The notes beneath the pieces are model-generated. The model was not told where the DNA came from. It searched no databases and was given only the letters and a program-made list of their open reading frames with translations. This document shows, piece after piece, positions 1 to 9,320 of a stretch of DNA of 64,000 nucleotides. This DNA is from an uncultured Porphyromonas sp. (lineage in GTDB: Bacteria; Bacteroidota; Bacteroidia; Bacteroidales; Porphyromonadaceae). The stretch lies in assembly GCF_905372525.1 (NCBI RefSeq), contig NZ_CAJPPN010000005.1:4190-68189 (forward strand). The letters are read 5' to 3'. Within the stretch, counting starts at the first letter, position 1. Every line of letters begins with the position of its first letter. Made by a program: the position numbers and the translations under genes.

Positions 1-1
1 G

Positions 2-517
2 GTGAAGGCCGAGGTGATCGCTCCAGCACAGGACGATCGTTTCCTCCGAGGTGAGGTACTTCGGGGAACAGTGGATGACGAGACGGCAGCCTGTCTAGGT
101 GGAGTGTCGGGCAATGCGGGGCTCTTTGGCTCGGCTCGGGAGCTCGCCAAGGTTGCTCAACTCCTCCTCCAGCACGGCACTTGGGAGGGAAAGAGCATTA
201 TCCCTGCTCACACCGTCAAGCTCTTCACCGAGACACTCGGTGCGGGGGGACTTCGCTGCCTAGGCTTCGACAAGCCCCGTAGGCACGGGGGACCCACAGG
301 GGAGCTAGCCTCGCACGATACCTATGGTCACCAGGGCTTCACGGGGACGTGCTTCTGGGTAGACCCTCGCTACGATCTGGTCTTCGTCTTCCTCTCAAAC
401 CGTACTTACCCCTCGCGCAAGAATACCGTACTCATCCACGAGCGTCTGAGACAGTCGCTGCAGGATCTCCTCTATGAGTCCCTCGGGATCATGACTCCAC
501 GCTCGAGCCTCTCCTAA
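2..517 (+). CDS. Serine hydrolase / beta-lactamase-family domain, C-terminal part (gene begins upstream of the window)
   Basis: Motifs GxVxD...GNAGLF and YGHQGFTGT-x-x-WVDP...LSNR typical of the beta-lactamase-like serine hydrolase C-terminus; frame open at the window edge. Confidence 0.8.
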   Translation: MKAEVIAPAQDDRFLRGEVLRGTVDDETAACLGGVSGNAGLFGSARELAKVAQLLLQHGTWEGKSIIPAHTVKLFTETLGAGGLRCLGFDKPRRHGGPTGELASHDTYGHQGFTGTCFWVDPRYDLVFVFLSNRTYPSRKNTVLIHERLRQSLQDLLYESLGIMTPRSSLS

Positions 518-544
518 TCCTCCCTCCCATAAAGATTATCATCT

Positions 545-1171
545 ATGAGCCAATCATTATCTACCACGATCATCGGCGTAGCTGGTGGGTCAGCCTCAGG
601 TAAGTCTACCCTCGTCCGCAAGCTCCAGGAAGCCTTCGTAGAGGAGCATGTGACGACACTCTGTCACGACTTCTACTACAAGGCTCATGACGAGCTGACC
701 CTAGAGGAACGCTCAAAGCTGAACTACGACCATCCCCACTCCTTTGATACCGATATGATGATCGAGCATATCCGTCTACTCAAGCAGGGGCATAGCGTCC
801 AGCGTCCAGTCTATTCCTTCAATGAGCATAACCGCCTCTCTCAGACAGTCCTCGTCCAGCCTGCTAAGGTGCTGATCCTCGACGGGATCTTGATCTTAGA
901 GAACAAGGAGCTCCGAGAGCTAATGGATGTCAAGGTGTACGTCGATACCGATGATGACGTACGTCTGGCTCGTCGCCTCGTACGAGATGTGCAGGAGCGC
1001 GGACGAGATATGAACTCGGTGCTCAAGCAATACTTCTCCACCGTGAAGCCTATGCACCGGGACTTCGTAGAGCCCTCCAAACGATATGCCGATATTATCA
1101 TTCCCGAGGGGGGGATGAACCCCGTGGCTCTCTCACTCCTGGTGGAGAATATCCACTCGCTCCTACGCTAG
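545..1171 (+). CDS. udk: Uridine kinase
   Basis: P-loop GGSASGKST, NYDHP, DGIL, RD...RGR, FVEPSKRYADIIIP motifs. Confidence 0.95.
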   Translation: MSQSLSTTIIGVAGGSASGKSTLVRKLQEAFVEEHVTTLCHDFYYKAHDELTLEERSKLNYDHPHSFDTDMMIEHIRLLKQGHSVQRPVYSFNEHNRLSQTVLVQPAKVLILDGILILENKELRELMDVKVYVDTDDDVRLARRLVRDVQERGRDMNSVLKQYFSTVKPMHRDFVEPSKRYADIIIPEGGMNPVALSLLVENIHSLLR

Positions 1172-1232
1172 AGTGACCTCACTCGGAGGGCTCCCCCTCA
1201 GGTATACTTGGTATCTATAGAGGGAGAACTCA

Positions 1233-1240
1233 TATCTTTG
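1233..1240 (+). promoter_or_regulatory. Bacteroidota -7 promoter element upstream of tgt
   Basis: TATCTTTG matches TAnnTTTG, 40 bp before the tgt start. Confidence 0.6.
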
Positions 1241-1280
1241 TACCCCCCTACGATCGATCAAGGGGGCGTAGACAGAATAG

Positions 1281-2414
1281 ATGCTGAACTTCGATATACA
1301 CAAGACCTGTAGCCAGAGTGCTGCTCGTGCGGGGAGGATCACGACCGATCATGGTGAGATCCTTACCCCTATCTTCATGCCCGTGGGGACAGTTGGCTCC
1401 GTGAAGGCGGTCCATATGTCCGAGCTGCGGGAGGACATCCGTGCCCAGATCATCCTCGGCAATACCTACCATCTCTACCTACGCCCTGGGCTAGAGGTAC
1501 TCCATGAGGCTGGTGGACTACATAAGTTCAATAGCTGGGAGGGCTCGATCCTGACAGACAGCGGGGGCTACCAAGTCTTTAGTCTTGCTCATCGGCGAAA
1601 GATTACCGAGGAGGGGGTGACCTTCCAGTCACATATCGATGGCTCGAGGCACCTCTTTACTCCCGAACGTGTCATGGACATCGAGCGGATCATCGGGGCA
1701 GATATCATCATGGCTTTTGATGAGTGTTGCCCCGGGGATGCGGACTTCCAGTATGCCAAGAAGTCCCTTACCCTCACCGAAGGGTGGCTCAAGAGGTGTG
1801 TCCAGCGTGTGGCAGAGACAGAGCCACACTATGGCTACCACCAGAGTCTGTTCCCTATCGTGCAGGGCTGTGTATATCCCGAGCTGAGGACGAGGGCCGC
1901 AGAGTTCGTCGCCTCTCTGGGAGCAGAGGGTAATGCCATCGGGGGGCTCGCCGTAGGTGAACCCACCGAGAAGATGTACGAGATGGTGGAGCTCACCAAT
2001 AGTATCCTCCCTCAGGACAAGCCTCGCTACCTAATGGGAGTAGGGACGCCGATCAACCTCCTAGAGGGGATCGCCCGAGGGGTGGATATGTTTGACTGCA
2101 TCATGCCCACACGTAATGGTCGTAATGGTCAGCTCTTCACCAGCCGAGGCACGATAAATATTCGTAATGCCAAGTGGGCTCGGGAGTTCTCTCCTATAGA
2201 CACTGAAGGCTACTCCTTCGTAGACAGCCGATATACGTTGGCCTACCTCCATCATCTCATCCGTGCCGACGAGATCCTCGGGCTACAGATCGCCTCGATA
2301 CACAATCTTGCCTTCTACCTACGTCTCGTGCGAGAGGCACGCGAACATATCCTGCAGGGAGACTTCCTCCCCTGGAAGGAGCGTATGGTACGACAGATGG
2401 ACAATCGACTATAG
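1281..2414 (+). CDS. tgt: Queuine tRNA-ribosyltransferase (tRNA-guanine transglycosylase)
   Basis: TPIFMPVGT, GNTYHL, TDSGGYQVFSL, PRYLMGVG, DMFDC, HNL motifs. Confidence 0.96.
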   Translation: MLNFDIHKTCSQSAARAGRITTDHGEILTPIFMPVGTVGSVKAVHMSELREDIRAQIILGNTYHLYLRPGLEVLHEAGGLHKFNSWEGSILTDSGGYQVFSLAHRRKITEEGVTFQSHIDGSRHLFTPERVMDIERIIGADIIMAFDECCPGDADFQYAKKSLTLTEGWLKRCVQRVAETEPHYGYHQSLFPIVQGCVYPELRTRAAEFVASLGAEGNAIGGLAVGEPTEKMYEMVELTNSILPQDKPRYLMGVGTPINLLEGIARGVDMFDCIMPTRNGRNGQLFTSRGTINIRNAKWAREFSPIDTEGYSFVDSRYTLAYLHHLIRADEILGLQIASIHNLAFYLRLVREAREHILQGDFLPWKERMVRQMDNRL

Positions 2415-2421
2415 AGCTCTC

Positions 2422-3576
2422 ATGGACCGACTACCACAGCAGGAGGAGGTGAAGTCACAGGCACCTCAGTCGGAGGGGGTGGCGAAGCCCTATCGCCCCT
2501 GGCTCGGGCGTGTGGATAGGTACATCATACGTACCTTCCTCACGACCTTCGTCTTCTCTATCGCCCTCATCCTCGCTATTGCAGTGGTCTTTGACGTGAA
2601 TGCCAAGATCTCTGATTTCCTCAAGCCCGAGGTGCCACTCTCCAAGATCTTCTTTCACTACTACCTGAACTTTATTCCCTACTATGCGAATATGTTCAGT
2701 CCGCTCTTCGTCTTCATCTCGGTCATCTTCTTTACCTCCAATCTGGCTGCCAATACGGAGATCATAGCGATGCTCTCTAGCGGTATGAGCTTCCGTCGTC
2801 TCCTGCGCCCCTATATGGTCGCTGCTGCTATCATCGCACTGGTCACGTACCTTCTGAATGCCTTCATCATCCCGTCGGGCAATAAGGTGCGTCTTGCCTT
2901 TGAGGATCAGTATCTGCGTTCCAAGGTTGCCAAATATACCTCCAATATCCAGATCGCCATCGACAAGGATGTCTACCTCTACATCCGAGAGTATGAGAGC
3001 CAGGAGCGTATCGCCTATTCGCTGGCTGTAGATGAGTTCAAGGGGCGCTCCCTCGTCTCTCGTATGACGGCGGACGAGGCTAGGTATGACACCCTAGATA
3101 GGTGGCACCTACAGGACTTTCATATTCGTCGCTTCTCCGGTCTCCGGGCTACTGATACGGTCGGCTATGACTTAGATACCAATCTGCGTATCCGTCCCTC
3201 CGACTTCCTCGTCAATGAGAAGGACGTAGAGAAGATGCGCAATGATCAGCTGGAGCGCTATATCACCCGTCAGAAGGAGCGTGGTGCGAGCAATACCAAG
3301 CTCTTCCAGGTCGAGCTCCATAAGCGGTATGCCGCTATCTTCTCCGCCTTCATCCTGACCTTCATTGGCTGTGTCCTATCGGCTAAGAAGATGAAGAATG
3401 GTCTTGGGATCAACCTAGTCATCGGCTTCTCTCTTTGTCTTGGCTATATCGTTGCCACTACGGTCACAGCCCAGTTCTCCAACGTCGGGATGATGGCTCC
3501 GTGGCTCGCAGCCTGGCTTCCCAACTTTGTCTTCGTCCTTTTCGCCTTCCTGCTCTGGCGAAAGGCTCCCCAATAA
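2422..3576 (+). CDS. LptF/LptG-family LPS export permease
   Basis: DRYI..F N-terminus, [11 protein letters not shown] motif, three TM + periplasmic domain + three TM, WLPN near the C-terminus; start moved to the in-frame ATG at 2422 after tgt. Confidence 0.88.
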   Translation: MDRLPQQEEVKSQAPQSEGVAKPYRPWLGRVDRYIIRTFLTTFVFSIALILAIAVVFDVNAKISDFLKPEVPLSKIFFHYYLNFIPYYANMFSPLFVFISVIFFTSNLAANTEIIAMLSSGMSFRRLLRPYMVAAAIIALVTYLLNAFIIPSGNKVRLAFEDQYLRSKVAKYTSNIQIAIDKDVYLYIREYESQERIAYSLAVDEFKGRSLVSRMTADEARYDTLDRWHLQDFHIRRFSGLRATDTVGYDLDTNLRIRPSDFLVNEKDVEKMRNDQLERYITRQKERGASNTKLFQVELHKRYAAIFSAFILTFIGCVLSAKKMKNGLGINLVIGFSLCLGYIVATTVTAQFSNVGMMAPWLAAWLPNFVFVLFAFLLWRKAPQ

Positions 3577-3587
3577 CCCCATGTCCT

Positions 3588-4049
3588 ATGAAACAAAAGA
3601 CCCAGCGCAGTATCTCGATCCTGAACAAGCGTGCGACCTTTGACTACGAGCTACTCGACACCTATACCGCAGGGCTTGTCTTGGTGGGTACAGAGATCAA
3701 GTCTCTTCGTCTCGGTAAGGCCAGTCTCGTAGATGCCTACTGCTACTTCCACAATGGAGAGCTGTGGCTGAAGAATGCTAATATCAGCGAATACTTCTAC
3801 GGCTCATACAACAATCATGCGGCACGTCGTGACCGCAAGCTCCTACTGAGTCGCAAGGAGCTACGTCGCCTCCAGGACTACGTCCAGACTCCAGGGGTGA
3901 CCATCATCCCTACGAAGATCTTCATCAATGATCGGGGGCTAGCCAAGATCATCATCGCTCCTGCCCGGGGGAAGAAGCTCTACGATAAGCGTGCATCGCT
4001 GCGTGAGAAGGACGACCGTCGGGAGATGGATCGAGCAATGAAGCGATAG
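3588..4049 (+). CDS. smpB: SsrA-binding protein SmpB
   Basis: [30 protein letters not shown] motifs; in-frame ATG at 3588. Confidence 0.96.
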   Translation: MKQKTQRSISILNKRATFDYELLDTYTAGLVLVGTEIKSLRLGKASLVDAYCYFHNGELWLKNANISEYFYGSYNNHAARRDRKLLLSRKELRRLQDYVQTPGVTIIPTKIFINDRGLAKIIIAPARGKKLYDKRASLREKDDRREMDRAMKR

Positions 4050-4070
4050 CCCCTCACCTCCATAAGCAAG

Positions 4071-4120
4071 GCAAAGCCCCCACGAGGTCGTATCATACGA
4101 TCCCGTGGGGGCTTTGCTTT
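4071..4120 (+). terminator. Intrinsic terminator after smpB (possibly bidirectional)
   Basis: GCAAAGCCCCCACG...CGTGGGGGCTTTGC inverted repeat followed by TTT, between convergent genes. Confidence 0.75.
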
Positions 4121-4224
4121 GTCTATTAAGTCTCTTGGAGGAGTCCCTCTAGTTGGGCATGGACAAGGGGACTCTAAGCTTACAGAGGGCTTTAAGCCTC
4201 CTACTTGTGGTCTCCTCTACTTGA

Positions 4225-5001
4225 TTAGCCTCTCTTGTGTAGATGCTGGAACTCTCGCACTACCGCTGTCATTTCCTTGGGTAGGTAGGAGAGCGCTTTA
4301 TCTTGTATCTCTTCGGGGACACCATAGTGTGCTTCGGCGAGCCCACCGACGATAGCCCCGATGGTATCGCTGTCGCCTCCTATGGATATAGCCTTGCGGA
4401 TCGCATCCTCAAAGCTTGAGCTTCCTAGGAAGCAGCAGAGAGCTGGGGGAATGGTCCCCGGGCATGTCTCGTCGAAGGGGTTGGTCCGCTGTAGCTCGGA
4501 GATGCTCAGGCCACTTATCTGGTACCCATAGTCTTCCTCGGCGAGCTTCTGTATGTCGGCCTTGTTCGCTCCATGACGAAGTAGCCAAATAGCATGAGCT
4601 ATGACCACAGCTCCACGTACACCCTTTGGGTGATTGTGACTACATGAGGCACTTTCCTTAGCCTTCTCGAGTGCTGTCTGTAGCGTGGGTAGATAGCCAC
4701 AGGGGGACACCCGCATGGCTGATCCATTGCCTAGGCTGTTGTAGGGCTGAGGGCTATCTGATCGTACCCATTGAGCGAACCTACCGCCATAGCCTCCCAT
4801 AGGGCTAGGGTAGCGCCTACACCATTCGTGTATAACCAGACCAAAGTCTTCATCACGAAGCAGTGCATCAGCTACTGCCACTGTACATATAGTGTCGTCG
4901 GTGAAGGAGCATTCGGGAGTGAATAGCTCAAAGTCTTCCCGGCGGGTGTTGTTGAACTCGAACCTAGAGCCAACAATATCGCCAATGATTGATCCTATCA
5001 T
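4225..5001 (-). CDS. ADP-ribosylglycohydrolase family protein (ARH/DraG-like)
   Basis: GDIVGS, FTDDT, GNGSAMRVSP, SHNHP, GGDSDTIGAIVG metal-binding motifs. Confidence 0.92.
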   Translation of the reverse strand: MIGSIIGDIVGSRFEFNNTRREDFELFTPECSFTDDTICTVAVADALLRDEDFGLVIHEWCRRYPSPMGGYGGRFAQWVRSDSPQPYNSLGNGSAMRVSPCGYLPTLQTALEKAKESASCSHNHPKGVRGAVVIAHAIWLLRHGANKADIQKLAEEDYGYQISGLSISELQRTNPFDETCPGTIPPALCCFLGSSSFEDAIRKAISIGGDSDTIGAIVGGLAEAHYGVPEEIQDKALSYLPKEMTAVVREFQHLHKRG

Positions 5002-5170
5002 CTTACTCTCATTTTATTCTTTGTTTGTTTTATCTCTCCTTTAGCGCATCGCTCCGATGTGTGGGTATCTCTCTACGATCTGGTACACGTAGGAGCGGTG
5101 TGGGGCGACACGGGCAACGATAGCCCATGATCCATAGCATTAGAGGTTCGTATGATCTACTTGCCGTCGG

Positions 5171-5253
5171 TACCTAGAGTGGGACTCGAACCCACACAGC
5201 CTATTGGCTAAGGGAGTTTAAGTCCCTCGTGTCTACCATTCCACCATCTAGGC
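5171..5253 (-). tRNA. tRNA-Leu (anticodon TAA)
   Basis: Reverse complement GCCTAGATGGTGGAATGGTAGACACGAGGGACTTAAACTCCCTTAGCCAATAGGCTGTGTGGGTTCGAGTCCCACTCTAGGTA folds as a cloverleaf with long variable arm, anticodon loop CTTAAAC and T-loop TTCGAGT; CCA not encoded. Confidence 0.95.
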
Positions 5254-5487
5254 GACCTCTTGGCTTGCGGATCAATGTCCACATCGGGACACCCGCAGAA
5301 GTGGCACAAAGGTAGTCTATTTCCTTTGTATAAGCAACCTTAGGTAGGGCTGAGGCATGAACTCCCTAGAGGATGAGGGTGACGAGTCCGTGGGGTATGA
5401 ACCGAAGATCGAGCACCTACACCCTAGGAGAGGACTTCCCATGCGCCCTCTCCATAGTCTAGGAGCGAAAGGATTTCCCCTACTATT

Positions 5488-5588
5488 TAGGAGGAAAAAG
5501 TGTACACGCGTGTACACATCAGTGTACATAGTATGTATACTACAGTGTACACGCGTGTACACTACTCCGCTCTAGGTATATCCTCTGT
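5488..5588. repeat. Dispersed repeat family A, copy 1: three tandem palindromic units (GTGTACACGCGTGTACAC, 22-23 bp period) with conserved flanks
   Basis: Perfect 18-bp palindromes at 5500-5517 and 5545-5562, degenerate unit at 5522-5540; flanks match the copy at 23650-23749. Confidence 0.85.
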
Positions 5589-6064
5589 GGCACTCTCGCT
5601 AAGGGTGTCAGAGCGATTATTCGAGGGGTGTTTAGGAGCCTCTCGGGATGCTTAGGGGAGGGCTGATTGGGGAGGAGGGCTTGGGATAGTATCTACCGAT
5701 AGACGCACACTTAGCCGTCCCTCGTGTATTCACTGGTAGTTTGTCGCCCCAGCTGTACGAGGGGGGGATGATTGTGATCCTTCTGGGAAGGTCCTCCTCT
5801 AGCTACAGAGTCAGAGGGGCAAGCCTCTACCTCAAACACTCTGGTTGAACTCAATCGTGGAGTGTGGTGATATTTACAGATAAGTGTTTATTAGTGTATC
5901 CTTCGGGGGAAGCTTTGGGTACATTGTACCCCGAATGGAGGAGCGGGTGGAAGGCAAAGATGAGCCAATCAGGAGGGGGGAGTAGGGTAGGGAATGAAAA
6001 GGGTGGGAGAGGAGGGGGATTTGGATTTATTAAGACTCTAGGAGGGGCGGGAGCTCTATCGTTG

Positions 6065-6073
6065 TGTGGATAA
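6065..6073 (-). promoter_or_regulatory. Perfect DnaA box upstream of nrdD
   Basis: TGTGGATAA on plus = TTATCCACA on minus, about 30 bp upstream of the -7 element. Confidence 0.6.
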
Positions 6074-6103
6074 CTTTTCACCCTCAGACTGGATATAATG
6101 CTG

Positions 6104-6111
6104 TACATTTG
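6104..6111 (+). promoter_or_regulatory. -7 promoter element of nrdD
   Basis: TACATTTG matches TAnnTTTG, about 105 bp before the start codon. Confidence 0.6.
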
Positions 6112-6217
6112 TACACGTCTCGCTGCTCCTTCATCAGGTGGGGAGCTAGAGCAACCCTCCCCCTCAGAGAAAGATGAGGGAGACCTACATATAACTATGT
6201 ACTAATCAGACAGAAAT

Positions 6218-8626
6218 ATGGAAACAGGACTCCTATTCATCACTAAGCGTGATGGTAGCCAACAGCCCTACGATGGAGAGAAGATACGCCAAGCGATTCT
6301 CAAGGCCTACCGGGCTGTGGGACAAAGTGATGAAGCCCAGAACGCCGTCAAGATAGAGGCGATTATTCACCAGGAGCTAGCCCTAGGCAAGGCTCAGATT
6401 GCTGTCGAGGAGATCCAGGACTTAGTGGAGCGCGAGCTCATGAGCCTAGATCCTATGGTGGCTAAGAAATATATCATCTACCGAGAGTGGCGCACGATCG
6501 AGCGAGAGAAGCGCACCTCACTGAAGAAGACCATGGATGGCATCGTGAGCATCGAGAAGAACGACGTGAATCTCGGCAATGCCAACATGAGTGCCTACAC
6601 CCCCTCGGGACAAATGATGACCTTCGCCTCGGAGGTCACCAAGGACTATGCGATGAAGTATCTCATGGCGCCACAGTATGCTCGGGCGCACGCAGCAGGA
6701 GATATTCATATCCATGACCTCGACTACTATCCTACGAAGACGGCCACCTGTGTACAGTATGATCTGGCTGACCTCTTCGAGCGAGGCTTCCATACCAAGA
6801 ATGGGAGCATCCGCACTCCACAGAGCATACAGAGCTATGCTACGCTGGCGACGATTGTCTTCCAGACCAATCAGAACGAGCAGCATGGGGGGCAGGCGAT
6901 CCCGGCCTTTGACTTCTTTATGGCTCCTGGGGTTCGCAAGACCTTCATCCGTCACCTCTCTGACCGTCTCATCTATGCCCTAGAGCTACAGGCTGGGCAG
7001 CTCCTGACGGAGGCCGAGCAGAAGGCCTTCAGGGAGGGGCTACGTGCCCTAGAGCCCCGCCTAGGTAAGGGCGAGGCGGAGATCCAGCACCTCCAGACTC
7101 AGCTCGCCAGTACAGCTGAGGGGCAGACTCTCAGCCCAGAGGCTATCCGCCTGGCACTCATCAGCGCCTACGATCGTACGGCTCGGGACACCCATCAGGC
7201 GATGGAGGGCTTCATCCACAACCTCAATACAATGCATTCCCGTGGTGGTAATCAAGTCGTCTTCAGCTCGATCAACTACGGGACGGACATCTCGCCCGAG
7301 GGGCGTATGGTCATCCGTGAGCTCCTCGCTGCCACAGTAGAGGGACTGGGACGTGGAGAGATACCCATCTTCCCGATCCAGATCTTCAAGGTCAAGGATG
7401 GGGTAAGCTACACGGAGGAAGACTATGCAGTGGCTAGCCGAGACTTCAAGGGAGCACTTGAGGGGAAGTATACCTTCAGAGCGCCGAACTTCGACCTCCT
7501 GCTCGAGGCTTGTCGTACGACCTCGCATGCACTCTTCCCCAACTTTGTCTTCCTCGACACACCCTTCAACCAACACGAGCTCTGGAGAGAGGACGATCCC
7601 AAGCGTTATCACTACGAGATAGCGACGATGGGATGCCGTACCCGTGTCTTCGAGAACCTCAACGGGCTGAAGACCTCTATCGGTCGTGGCAACCTCTCCT
7701 TCACGACGATGAACCTCCCCCGCCTAGCTATAGAGGCGATGCGACTAGCCTCTAGTGAGCTCCCTGCAGGCTCCAAGGCTGAGGTCCGTCAGCTCGCTCG
7801 TACCTACTTCCTCGACTCGGTACGTCGGGAGTCCACGTTCATCGCCGAGCAGCTCTATGAGCGCTACCTCTACCAGCGCTCAGCACTAGCCCGACAGTTC
7901 CCCTTCATGATGGGCAATGACGTCTGGAAGGGAGGAGGGCATCTGAGCCCCGCGGATCAGGTAGGCGATGTCTTCGACTCGGGGACGCTGGCCATAGGCT
8001 TCATCGGTGGGCACAATGCGATGGTCGCTATGTATGGTCAGGGACACGGCAAGAATGACGAGGCCTGGCAGACACTCTACGATGCAATCCTCGTGATGAA
8101 TGAGGTCGTGCAGGAGTACAAGGATAAGTATCATCTCAACTACTCTGTCCTAGCCACCCCCGCCGAGGGACTCTCGGGGCGCTTCACCCGAATGGATCGC
8201 AAGCGCTATGGCGTGATCCCTGGGGTGAATGACCTCGACTACTATGTGAACTCCTTCCATGTGGATGTACGGGAGGAGATCGGGATGTTTGAGAAGATCC
8301 GCCGTGAGGCTCCTTTCCACGCCATCACCCTAGGGGGGCACATCAGCTACATAGAGCTCGATGGGGAGGCGAAGAAGAATGTCTCTGTCATCCTCAAGCT
8401 CGTCAAGACGATGAAGGACGAGGGGATCGGCTATGGGTCGATCAATCACCCCGTAGATACCTGCCAGAGCTGTGGCTATCGGGGGATCATCTACGATCGC
8501 TGTCCCGTGTGCAAGGGGGATCATATCGCTCGACTGAGACGTATCACGGGCTACCTCACAGGTAGCCTAGAGAGCTGGAACTCTGCCAAGCAGGCCGAGG
8601 AACGTGACCGAGTCAAGCACCACTAG
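6218..8626 (+). CDS. nrdD: Anaerobic (class III) ribonucleoside-triphosphate reductase
   Basis: N-terminal ATP-cone (ITKRDG), IHIHDLD, TMGCRT, TPAEGLSGRF, CxxC...CPxC zinc site, glycyl-radical motif RRITGYL. Confidence 0.96.
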   Translation: METGLLFITKRDGSQQPYDGEKIRQAILKAYRAVGQSDEAQNAVKIEAIIHQELALGKAQIAVEEIQDLVERELMSLDPMVAKKYIIYREWRTIEREKRTSLKKTMDGIVSIEKNDVNLGNANMSAYTPSGQMMTFASEVTKDYAMKYLMAPQYARAHAAGDIHIHDLDYYPTKTATCVQYDLADLFERGFHTKNGSIRTPQSIQSYATLATIVFQTNQNEQHGGQAIPAFDFFMAPGVRKTFIRHLSDRLIYALELQAGQLLTEAEQKAFREGLRALEPRLGKGEAEIQHLQTQLASTAEGQTLSPEAIRLALISAYDRTARDTHQAMEGFIHNLNTMHSRGGNQVVFSSINYGTDISPEGRMVIRELLAATVEGLGRGEIPIFPIQIFKVKDGVSYTEEDYAVASRDFKGALEGKYTFRAPNFDLLLEACRTTSHALFPNFVFLDTPFNQHELWREDDPKRYHYEIATMGCRTRVFENLNGLKTSIGRGNLSFTTMNLPRLAIEAMRLASSELPAGSKAEVRQLARTYFLDSVRRESTFIAEQLYERYLYQRSALARQFPFMMGNDVWKGGGHLSPADQVGDVFDSGTLAIGFIGGHNAMVAMYGQGHGKNDEAWQTLYDAILVMNEVVQEYKDKYHLNYSVLATPAEGLSGRFTRMDRKRYGVIPGVNDLDYYVNSFHVDVREEIGMFEKIRREAPFHAITLGGHISYIELDGEAKKNVSVILKLVKTMKDEGIGYGSINHPVDTCQSCGYRGIIYDRCPVCKGDHIARLRRITGYLTGSLESWNSAKQAEERDRVKHH

Positions 8627-8662
8627 TCCTCCTCACCACCTCCCCTCCCCCTCCTAATCTAT

Positions 8663-8726
8663 AGCCCAAGCGAAGTGGAGACTCCCCCCTCACGGGTGGA
8701 GCTCCATCTGCTTGGGCTTTGCTTTG
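8663..8726 (+). terminator. Stem-loop between nrdD and nrdG (terminator-like or mRNA-stabilising)
   Basis: AGCCCAAGC...TGGAG / CTCCA...GCTTGGGCT inverted repeat followed by TTGCTTTG. Confidence 0.55.
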
Positions 8727-8738
8727 CCCGCTCACCTC

Positions 8739-9251
8739 ATGCGCCTACTCAACGTATATAGAGAGAATATCAGTGATGGCCCTGGGCTGAGGTACTCGAT
8801 CTACCTCGCTGGCTGTAGCCATGCCTGCCCAGGCTGTCATAACCCCGAGAGCTGGTCTCCCGAGGGTGGGATCCTCCTCTCCGAGCGTGTGCTAGAGGAC
8901 ATCATCGCAGAGATACGGGCGAACCCCCTCCTGGATGGGATCACTGTCTCGGGTGGCGATCCCTTCTACGACCCAGAGGCTCTCACGGGACTACTCGCTC
9001 GTCTCAAGGCTGAGACGGGGATGAACATTTGGTGCTATACGGGCTTTACCATAGAGTACCTCCTACGCTCAGAGGTGCATCGCCCTGCGCTGGAGTATAT
9101 AGATGTGCTGGTCGATGGTCCCTTCGTGGAGTCTCTGCTTGACCCTCGCCTCTCCTTCCGTGGCAGTAGTAATCAGCGCCTCATCGAGATCGACCACACA
9201 CGCCCTCTCTCCCTCGAGGCGATCCGCTTCCTAGAGGCTCCTAGTATCTAG
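8739..9251 (+). CDS. nrdG: Anaerobic RNR activating radical-SAM enzyme
   Basis: DGPGLR, CSHACPGCHNP (CxxxCxxC), SGGDP, DVLVDGPF, FRGSSNQR; adjacent to nrdD; in-frame ATG at 8739. Confidence 0.95.
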   Translation: MRLLNVYRENISDGPGLRYSIYLAGCSHACPGCHNPESWSPEGGILLSERVLEDIIAEIRANPLLDGITVSGGDPFYDPEALTGLLARLKAETGMNIWCYTGFTIEYLLRSEVHRPALEYIDVLVDGPFVESLLDPRLSFRGSSNQRLIEIDHTRPLSLEAIRFLEAPSI

Positions 9252-9320
9252 GGCTTCACCTACCTCACCGTCCATTATCTAGTCACTCATACGGCTATCT
9301 CATCATCAGTATCCTATCCC

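Noticed and set aside
5041..5140. Short open minus-strand frame ending IVERYPHIGAMR* upstream of the ARH gene, possible gene remnant or att scar
   Set aside because: About 30 codons, no start, no recognisable motif, and no duplicated tRNA 3' end found
5500..5562. Palindromic repeats as a CRISPR array
   Set aside because: Units are separated by only about 4 bp, there are no unique spacers and no cas genes; same for 23662-23723
5317..5575. Short ORFs on both strands (CTRVYT repeats), also at 23558-23866
   Set aside because: Translations of the palindromic repeat; no coding signal
6065..6073. Replication origin
   Set aside because: Only one clear DnaA box, no box cluster or AT-rich unwinding element
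6120..6200. Cobalamin or other known riboswitch in the nrdD leader
   Set aside because: Two small hairpins only; conserved riboswitch motifs not recognisable and the leader is short
6218..8626. Intein or intron in nrdD
   Set aside because: Uninterrupted 802-aa frame, no splice-junction or homing-endonuclease motifs
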